Source of the DNA: Ascoidea asiatica JCM 7603
Taxonomy: Eukaryota > Fungi > Ascomycota
Assembly: GCA_001600695.1 (NCBI GenBank)
Contig: BCKQ01000007.1
Span: 466,624 to 530,623, forward strand
DNA: 64,000 nucleotides
Direction of reading: 5' to 3'
The notes beneath the pieces are model-generated. The model saw only the letters and a program-made list of their open reading frames with translations. It did no database searches and was not told where the DNA came from. Both the position numbers and the translations under genes were made by a program. Shown in pieces: positions 56,319 to 64,000 of the stretch (the stretch's first letter is position 1; every line of letters begins with the position of its first letter).

Positions 56319-57143
56319 TCAATTCACTGAAAATATTTTTACAAGAATATATCTTAAAACTATTCCAATCTTTTCAATAAGTTGACTTCTTAAAATAGCA
56401 TATTTAAGTAAATAATTTTGTTTTTGATTCGTTTTTGAACGTCTAAAAACATAAAAAAGTTTTTTCAATGGAAGGGTAGAATTTATTTCTTGACCACCAA
56501 AGTAAAATGAGGCAGAACTATAATAATTAATCATTTCATTTTTATACAAGTCTAAAATTGATTGATTATCATTATTGAAATTTTTGTTTTTTGATTTTTT
56601 TAATACTTGAGATAAACAGTTATAATTTAAATTTTCAATAACTGGAAATTGTAATATATTTCTTTCAATTTGATCAGTACTTGTAATACATTTTCTGTTT
56701 TCATTTTTTGGGTTTAATAATGAAGGACCACTAAATCTTAAAGTTTGTCCAGTAATTATTGCTTTTGATTTTGAGTTTTTGTTGTCTTTAATATTTTGTA
56801 AATTGAATTCCATAAATTTATAACCTGGGATTTTTTTACAACCTTTATCATTATAATAACGATGATTCTTTAAATAGGTTAAATCAGATAATAATTTGAA
56901 ACATTCCAGAAACAATTTTATAAACTCTTTATGATCAATTTGAAGAATTCTATTGATCATCTTCTTGAAATCATTGTTCATTTTTTCTTTTTCTTTTTCT
57001 TTTTCTAATTTTTCTGCTAATTTTCTTTTCTCAGTTTCATGAATAAATACTATATTTGTATAATCTGATAAATCCCCAAAAAAACCACGTTCAAAATTTT
57101 TGAGATGACGATTCATTAATATTTCAAAAGATACCAATCGCAT
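56319..57143 (-). CDS. Orphan protein, paralog of 58218..59258 (start uncertain)
   Basis: Long ORF (first ATG 57143); shares LNP.N.R, L..LKK.K, LYK.E...SS and NYLLK.AIL with its neighbour. Confidence 0.65.
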   Translation of the reverse strand: MRLVSFEILMNRHLKNFERGFFGDLSDYTNIVFIHETEKRKLAEKLEKEKEKEKMNNDFKKMINRILQIDHKEFIKLFLECFKLLSDLTYLKNHRYYNDKGCKKIPGYKFMEFNLQNIKDNKNSKSKAIITGQTLRFSGPSLLNPKNENRKCITSTDQIERNILQFPVIENLNYNCLSQVLKKSKNKNFNNDNQSILDLYKNEMINYYSSASFYFGGQEINSTLPLKKLFYVFRRSKTNQKQNYLLKYAILRSQLIEKIGIVLRYILVKIFSVN

Positions 57144-57564
57144 TATTCTTGAAAACAAACAGAGCTTATTTTTAGGTATTTTCTTTGATATGTAAAGAGA
57201 GAGAAATAAAAAGAAAATTATAGAAACTACTTTAGTGATACTTTTCCATTATTTATAAGTTTTGGTTTAGTATGGAAAATAAATTACCATTCTATTTTAT
57301 TTTTTTATAAAAATAGTTCTGTAGATATTGGCCATTTGTGCAAATAAAATAAAAATTTTTTCTTTTTTTTTTTATTCTATTCTATTTTATTATTTTATTT
57401 TATTTTATCTTTACACAATAAAACATGTCCCAAATAGAGTTTGGGTTCTGTTATCATAAAATAGAATCTCCACGCATGTAGCCGCATAAAAAAGAACACG
57501 CTGATTTAGGACATTAAACACTAAAATCCAGGAACAAAAAGTAAAAACAAATTGTTAAAAGAAA

Positions 57565-57653
57565 CGACCCCGGACAGGATCGAACTGTCGATCTTGAGAT
57601 TATCTGCTAGTTAGTTAACAGTCTCACGCCTTAGCCAGCTTGGCCACGGAGTC
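57565..57653 (-). tRNA. tRNA-Asn(GUU) with 15-nt intron (57601-57615)
   Basis: GACTCCGTGGCCAAGCTGGCTAAGGCG TGAGA CT GTT A [ACTAACTAGCAGATA] A TCTCA AGATC GACAG TTCGATC CTGTC CGGGGTCG. Confidence 0.93.
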
Positions 57654-58217
57654 ACATCAATGAAGACGTAATAGGTATATAGTACCTTGAACATTGTTGT
57701 TTTACAATTAAACCCATTAATTTACTTGTTATTTTAGAGCTCTAATCCTGTCCGGGTAACGATGCTAATTAAATAGGGGCACGTGATAGTGCCTGTGAAT
57801 ATGCACTGAATTGAATCATGATGCACCGAAGGTTTCTTTATTTATTATTGCTGCTATTTAACTGATTTTATTTTGAATTGGTTTGTTTATTTACTTCTAT
57901 TTTATTTCTATTTTATTTCGATATTATTTTATTATATTTCATTTTATAGTTAATTTCAATATACAATTCATTATAATTAAATCAAAATATGATCTTCGAG
58001 AGATGTTTTCTTCAATCATATCAATATATATACAACATGATTACCTCTTTGTTTCAAAAATGGTAAAAATTCATTTATTTTAATTATCAAGTATGATCTT
58101 TAGAACTTAATAAAGAAATTACTTTAGAAATAAATTAAACTTTTTTTATTAGATTGATTATATTATTATCATAAAAGTAATTAGCTTCATCTGAAATTTA
58201 TATATAAAGAATTATCA

Positions 58218-59258
58218 ATGACTGATATATGTGAACCTTTTAAAGATCTTTATTTGGCAGAAATAAAAAAAACTCGTCAAATAAAATTTTTTCCTAAATT
58301 ATTCTTAAAAACTTCAATTTCAACTTCGATTTCAACTGCAAATACTTCGTCTGTAAATAGTTTAACTTCAATCTCAAAAACATCAAATGATAAAACCAAT
58401 AACAACAATAATAAAACTCTCAACGTTAAAAACTTTTATATTAATGATCATTTTGTTCCAAAAATTTCAAATCACCATCAAGCCATTATTACTTTCACCA
58501 ATCTTATTATGAAAAGCTTTAATGAAATAAATAAAACTAATTATACATATCAACCTCAAAACTTAAATATTTCTAATCCTAGTTCTAGTTCTAATTCTAA
58601 TAATAACAAAAAGAAAAAGAAAAAGGATGTATTCAATTTACCTTATTCTTCAATAGAATTAGAAATTGATCTAGAAGATTTGAAAGATAAACCATATAGA
58701 AAATTAAAATCATTTAATAGTAAAAGATATCTTGGAATTAAAATGAATAACATCAAATTCAATCAAAATAAAAATAAAAATAAAAATAAAAATAAAAAAA
58801 AAAATCAAATTCTCTCAAAAGCAACTTTATTAAATAATAATGGTTCCCCATTAAATCCTGATAATAAAAGATCTTATATTCCTAGTTGGGAACATCAAAT
58901 TGAAATGCTAAGTTTATCACATCCATTAATAACAGAAGAAAGTATGAATTTCAATTTATTAAAACATATCTTAAAGAAAGAAAAAGACACTTATCCCAAA
59001 AACTATAATCAATCATCTTTAGATCAAGAATCATTTTTTGAATTGTATAAAAAAGAATTGGCTGAGCATTTTTCTTCTTTTTATAGCTGGGATGTTTCAA
59101 ATTTACAAAGAAATTTATTCGATGCAAAAGTTCCAGTCTATTTCAATAAAAAAAAAACAAGAAAATTTTCTAGAAAAAATTATTTGCTTAAGAAAGCAAT
59201 TTTATCTAACTTTCTATATAAAGAAAATGAAAGCTTTTTACTAAATCATCCTTTATGA
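58218..59258 (+). CDS. Orphan protein, paralog of 56319..57143
   Basis: 346-aa ORF with the same shared blocks as its neighbour. Confidence 0.75.
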   Translation: MTDICEPFKDLYLAEIKKTRQIKFFPKLFLKTSISTSISTANTSSVNSLTSISKTSNDKTNNNNNKTLNVKNFYINDHFVPKISNHHQAIITFTNLIMKSFNEINKTNYTYQPQNLNISNPSSSSNSNNNKKKKKKDVFNLPYSSIELEIDLEDLKDKPYRKLKSFNSKRYLGIKMNNIKFNQNKNKNKNKNKKKNQILSKATLLNNNGSPLNPDNKRSYIPSWEHQIEMLSLSHPLITEESMNFNLLKHILKKEKDTYPKNYNQSSLDQESFFELYKKELAEHFSSFYSWDVSNLQRNLFDAKVPVYFNKKKTRKFSRKNYLLKKAILSNFLYKENESFLLNHPL

Positions 59259-59610
59259 AAATTCACATTCAAATCAGGTATAATACAGTTCAATTTTATC
59301 CAAAGAATAAAAACTGAAAAAGGAAAGAGTTTACAGACAGACTTCTTTCATAAATAGAATTAAAATTCAATATCTTAGTTGTTTTGGTTTGTTTTGTTTT
59401 AGTTTGTTTTAGCTACTTGTAGCATTAATCTATAATTTATATACAGGAAGGGATAGGCAGAAACTATAAAAAATTAAATAAAAATCTTGTATTTAACAAA
59501 AGTCATAAGGTGAAATTATAATTAAATTTATAGATATATAAGTACTTTGAAAAAAAACATTATGAAGGGAAAAATAGAAAATATTAAAAAAATCTTTAAA
59601 CAATATTAAC

Positions 59611-59907
59611 TTAAATGTATTTGCTTAAGACTCTTTGCCAAAAACTTTTTCTTTTTGGAGGAATTGTAGTTTGAGCGTCTTCTTTGGATTCTTCTGGTTT
59701 GCTCTCAATCGATGGAGGTGTGATCTTTGAAAGATGTTCTTTTGTTTTTGGTTGTTCATCTTTAGGTTTTAAAGTATTTAGAATTTCTTTTTTTGTTTCT
59801 TTTATATTTGATATATCTTTACTCTTTTTTTCTATAATATCATTCTTTAATTCTTTCTTTTCTAATTCAATTTTAGCACTGCTTCCATTCAACTGAGGCT
59901 TAACTAG
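59611..59907 (-). other. In-frame 98-codon open extension immediately after the KGD1 stop (candidate readthrough segment)
   Basis: ...CAA AAA TAA CTA GTT AAG CCT CAG TTG AAT...; no in-frame ATG; ends KRKSFWQRVLSKYI*. Confidence 0.65.
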
Positions 59908-62900
59908 TTATTTTTGATGATTAAATGCATCATTTAAAAATGTATCTTCCTCTAAGAGATGTGTCTTTTTATTACCAGCTGCAATTGAAGCTGATGGATT
60001 TCTACCAGCATATCTTATTTTGAAATCACCGTATTTTTCTGTAGCACCTAAAGTTGTATCTAATCTTGGAGAAACAAAACTCCATGGACCCATATTAAAT
60101 GGCTCTTCTTGACACCAAACAATTTCATCTAAAGCAGGGTATGAATCAAATGCATCACGTAATTGAGAAAATGGGAATGGATTTAATTGTTCTACTTTTA
60201 TAAAAGTTGTATCTGAAGCTTCTAATGCTTCTCTTTTAGCAAATAATTGAGCATAAACTTGACCAGTACAAAGAATAATTCTTTTAATTGATTTTTTATC
60301 TGGAACTTCTTCTTCAATGATCCATTTGAAATTAGTACCTTCTTCAAATTCTTCAAGTTTTGATCTTGCTAATTTATGTCTTAAAAGAGATTTAGAGAAA
60401 AATAAAATTAATGGTTTACGGAATTGTCTATGCATATTTCTTCTTAAAAGATGGAATAAATTAGCTGGAGTTGTTGGGTAAGCAACTTGCATATTACAAT
60501 CTTGATGTTGTCTATGTAATTTATGTTCAGATGGAAAAACTCTTGGATCTTCACAACACATTTGTAAATATCTTTCAAGACGACCAGAAGAATGTTCTGG
60601 ACCTTGACCATCATAACCATGAGGTAAAGATAAAACAATACCAGATCTTTGTTTCCATTTAGATTCTGCAGAAGAAATAAATTGATCTACAATAACTTGA
60701 GCAGTATTTGCAAAATCACCAAATTGAGCTTCCCACATAACTAAAGCATCAGGAGATGTTAATGAATAACCATATTCAAAACCCATAACACCATATTCAC
60801 TTAAAGAAGAATTTGAAATTGCAAAATCAGCTTGTTTATCATCAAGATGTTGTAAAGGAGTATAAGTTTTTTCTGTTTTTTGATCATGTAAAACAGCATG
60901 ACGTTGAGAAAAGGTACCTCTTTCAACATCTTGACCAGAAACTCTAACATGATAACCTTCTAATAATAAAGAACCAAAAGCTAAAGCTTCACCAGTTGAC
61001 CAATCAATACCTTCACCAGTTTCTATAGATTTTTTTTTATTTTTTAAAATTCTTTTTAAATTTGAATGAACATCAAAATCACTTGGCCAACTTGAAATTT
61101 TTTCACCAATTTCTTTTAAAGTTGTTTTTGGTAAACCTGTTGGTAAATGTGGTAAAATTTCTTCAGCTAATTCTTTTGGAGATTTAAAACCTTCCCATGG
61201 AGTTGTTAACCATTCTCTTGAAGTTGGTTTATATTCTTTTGATTTTGAAAAACTTTCTTCTAAAAGACCCCAAACCCATTGTTGATGTTCTTTAATATCT
61301 TCTTTTGTAAAAGTACCATCATTTAATAATTTTTTAATATAAATATCAATTACAGATTCTTTTTTAGCAATTGCTTGATACATTTTTGGTTGAGTGAAAA
61401 ATGGTTGATCAGTTTCATTATGACCATGTTTTCTATAACCAACAACATCAATAATAACATCAGAATGAAAAGTTGATCTATATTCAGTTGCTAAATTACA
61501 AATAAATACAACAGCTTCAACATCATCAGCATTAACATGAAAAATTGGAGCATCAATAGATTTTGCAATATCAGAAGGATATGGAGTTGATCTTGCAAAT
61601 CTTGGATCAGTTGTAAAACCAATTTGATTATTAATAATTATATGAATTGTACCACCAGTTGTATAAGCAGGTAAATGAGTTAAACCCATTGATTCATAAA
61701 CAACACCTTGACCTGCAAAAGCAGAATCACCATGACATAAAACAGATAAAGCTTTATTAAAATTACCTAAATCATTTTTATAATATTGAATAGCTCTTGT
61801 TCTACCTAAAACAACAGGATCTTCAGCTTCTAAATGAGAAGGATTTGCAACAACAGATAAATTAATATGAGAACCATGAACAGTTGGTCTTTGATAATTC
61901 ATACCTAAATGATATTTTACATCACCAGAGCCTTCATCATTTTTTTTTGAACCAGTAAATTCACTAAAAATTGATTCATTTGGTTTTCTAACAACATTTG
62001 AAAGTACATTTAATCTACCTCTATGAGCCATACCAATTACACAATCTTCAGCACCAAATTCAACAGCTTTATCAATTAAAGATTTCATTCCTACAACAAC
62101 AGATTCTTCACCTTCAAGACCAAATCTTTTATCATTTGGAAATTTAGTTGATAAAAAAGTTTCAAAACTTGTTGCCCAAATTAAACGATCTAAAATTTGA
62201 CGTTTTTCATCATTAGTATATTTAAATGGTTTTGGAACTTGAATTCTTTCTCTTAACCAATTACATTTTTCTCTTTCAGAAATATGAATATATTCAATAC
62301 CATAAGTATTACAATATAAATTTTCACAAATATTTATAATTTCTTTTAATTTTAATTTTCCATTATTTTTATCATTTGAAAATCTTGGTAAAATTCCAGG
62401 GCCTAAAGTAATTTCTTTTTCTAAATCATCTTTTGTAAAATTATAATAATCTAAATTTAATTCTTTTGGTTTTGAATTTTGTCCAAAAGATATATTTAAA
62501 GGATCTAAACTTGCAGCTTGATGACCTCTAACTTCATAAGCTCTAACTAATAATTGAATTTTTAAATGAAATATTATATTTGAATTTGATGAATTTAAAT
62601 CATTTGAAGAATTTTGTGTTAAATTTTGTAAATTATCACCAGCAATTGGTACTAAATTTGGAGGAGCTTGAAAAGCTTGTTTTGGATTAATACCATTTTT
62701 TAAATTTTTAAAATATATATTCCAAGAAATATGAACAGAATTTGGATCATTTAACCAAGATTTATACATTTCATCTATATAAGTTGCATTATTTGTTGAT
62801 AAAAATACATCTTGAGATTGAGAAGCATTTGAAGAATTTGAATTTGATAAATATTTCTTTGAATTGATTAAATTAATAGAATTTAATTTTGAGAAACTAT

Positions 62901-62964
62901 TTAAATTACTTAAATTTGAACAAAATTTAAGAGATTTTAAATTTTTTATATTATTTCTTAACAT
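59908..62964 (-). CDS. KGD1: 2-oxoglutarate dehydrogenase E1, mitochondrial
   Basis: GMAHRGRLN, GDVKYHLG, ANPSHLEA, HGDSAFAGQG, WEAQFGDF, PHGYDGQGPEHSS; N-terminal presequence. Confidence 0.98.
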   Translation of the reverse strand: MLRNNIKNLKSLKFCSNLSNLNSFSKLNSINLINSKKYLSNSNSSNASQSQDVFLSTNNATYIDEMYKSWLNDPNSVHISWNIYFKNLKNGINPKQAFQAPPNLVPIAGDNLQNLTQNSSNDLNSSNSNIIFHLKIQLLVRAYEVRGHQAASLDPLNISFGQNSKPKELNLDYYNFTKDDLEKEITLGPGILPRFSNDKNNGKLKLKEIINICENLYCNTYGIEYIHISEREKCNWLRERIQVPKPFKYTNDEKRQILDRLIWATSFETFLSTKFPNDKRFGLEGEESVVVGMKSLIDKAVEFGAEDCVIGMAHRGRLNVLSNVVRKPNESIFSEFTGSKKNDEGSGDVKYHLGMNYQRPTVHGSHINLSVVANPSHLEAEDPVVLGRTRAIQYYKNDLGNFNKALSVLCHGDSAFAGQGVVYESMGLTHLPAYTTGGTIHIIINNQIGFTTDPRFARSTPYPSDIAKSIDAPIFHVNADDVEAVVFICNLATEYRSTFHSDVIIDVVGYRKHGHNETDQPFFTQPKMYQAIAKKESVIDIYIKKLLNDGTFTKEDIKEHQQWVWGLLEESFSKSKEYKPTSREWLTTPWEGFKSPKELAEEILPHLPTGLPKTTLKEIGEKISSWPSDFDVHSNLKRILKNKKKSIETGEGIDWSTGEALAFGSLLLEGYHVRVSGQDVERGTFSQRHAVLHDQKTEKTYTPLQHLDDKQADFAISNSSLSEYGVMGFEYGYSLTSPDALVMWEAQFGDFANTAQVIVDQFISSAESKWKQRSGIVLSLPHGYDGQGPEHSSGRLERYLQMCCEDPRVFPSEHKLHRQHQDCNMQVAYPTTPANLFHLLRRNMHRQFRKPLILFFSKSLLRHKLARSKLEEFEEGTNFKWIIEEEVPDKKSIKRIILCTGQVYAQLFAKREALEASDTTFIKVEQLNPFPFSQLRDAFDSYPALDEIVWCQEEPFNMGPWSFVSPRLDTTLGATEKYGDFKIRYAGRNPSASIAAGNKKTHLLEEDTFLNDAFNHQK

Positions 62965-63479
62965 TTTGAATATTGGTATATGATTTAATAAAATTTGAAT
63001 AATATATTTATATTAATAAATATAATAATAAAAACTAATTAAAAATCAATTAATAGATAATTAATGAATAAATTAAATAAATAAGATATATAAAATATAA
63101 TACAAAAGAAAAAACAGGAATTGTATAAAACTTATTACTTATTACTTATTTGTTAATTGATTGAAAATAAAGATAATAATATAATAATGATAATGATAGT
63201 GATAGTGATATAGTGATTATTATTATTATTATTATTATTATGATTATGATTATGATTTAATTCTATTAACCATTGAGATGTTGGATAATAAAAGCAGAAT
63301 TAAATAGAATAAATGCAATTGAGTAATAATTGATAATGAATATTCTGTATTTAATATTTAATATTTAATATTTATATTTATTTGATATTTATTCAATATC
63401 TATTGATTCATTGATATTTCAATTCACAGCAGTACTTTTTTTAGACAGTGAGTACATTAAAGATAATAGCAGTAGTGCT

Positions 63480-63870
63480 AGCAGTAGAAGTAATAATGCT
63501 CACAGTCAGTGATTGCGCTGGGAGTGAATGGTGAAATAATCAAAGCAGGAAGAAAAGAAAAAAGTGCAGGGAAATAAAGCGCAGAACGCACAACGCAGAG
63601 CGCACAACACTGACTGCTGAGCGACTATCCCCAGACACTCAGCGCCATTGAAGCATGGCTCGCAAATTGCCTCTTTGGGCCATTTCCGGAGCAGGGCCGC
63701 GAGGCAGGCTAGGTGTATCTGGCCAATCACAGCAGGCACAGAGAAGCCAGGCAGGCAGTTTCGGTCACTGAGTGAGCGCTGCGCAAGTCGCAATTGCGAT
63801 CCGGGGCTGGCTCCACCGACAAAGTCGTTCTGTTCCGGGCTCGGTTCCGGTCTTGATTGTTAATCATTTT
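63480..63870. promoter_or_regulatory. GC-rich upstream region of KGD1 with CCAATCA (HAP complex) box
   Basis: CCAATCA at 63723-63729 and several CGG/CCG triplets; KGD1 is a known HAP2/3/4/5 target in S. cerevisiae. Confidence 0.45.
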
Positions 63871-64000
63871 ATTGTTTTATTAGCATTGTCTTCGAGTATT
63901 CTAGGCTATTCTTAGACTTTCTAAGATTGCATAGATTGTTCTACGACTACATTCTATTGCGTTCTCAGAACTTCCGTGTGCATGTTAAATGTACTAGAAC

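Noticed and set aside
59611-59892. 93-aa ORF as an independent gene
   Set aside because: Starts at TTG, has no ATG, and leaves no room for a promoter (15 nt from the KGD1 stop); treated as an extension
63506-63863. Short ORFs upstream of KGD1
   Set aside because: By-products of a GC-rich promoter region; no recognisable protein features

Overview
Very AT-rich, intron-poor eukaryotic DNA from a budding yeast (Saccharomycotina). The Asn-rich proteins and low GC suggest an Ascoidea-like lineage, but that is inference. Most of the window is ordinary chromosomal gene space: AhpD/PXP2-like protein, SDR, FET4, an F-box/LRR protein, DIP5-like permease, VPS26, GST, MPM1-like, MTF1, AMN1, TSC11/AVO3 (Rictor), a Yap-type bZIP, PSD2, RRN3, AlaX, KGD1 and three tRNAs. 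Five things stand out. (1) The KGD1 stop sits in a TAA-CTAG readthrough-type context and is followed in frame by a Met-less 98-codon extension ending in a basic amphipathic helix. (2) There is a velvet-domain (VelB/VosA-like) regulator, a family absent from S. cerevisiae and C. albicans. (3) A ~560-nt GC-rich island with nested inverted repeats lies upstream of it and may be a large structured ncRNA. (4) A ~4.6-kb array holds co-oriented decayed fragments of unrelated genes (Nup2-like RanBD, unknown, flocculin repeat, internally deleted Hsp70). (5) A divergent pair of orphan paralogs flanks an intron-containing tRNA-Asn. All identifications come from motif recognition by eye; no searches were run.
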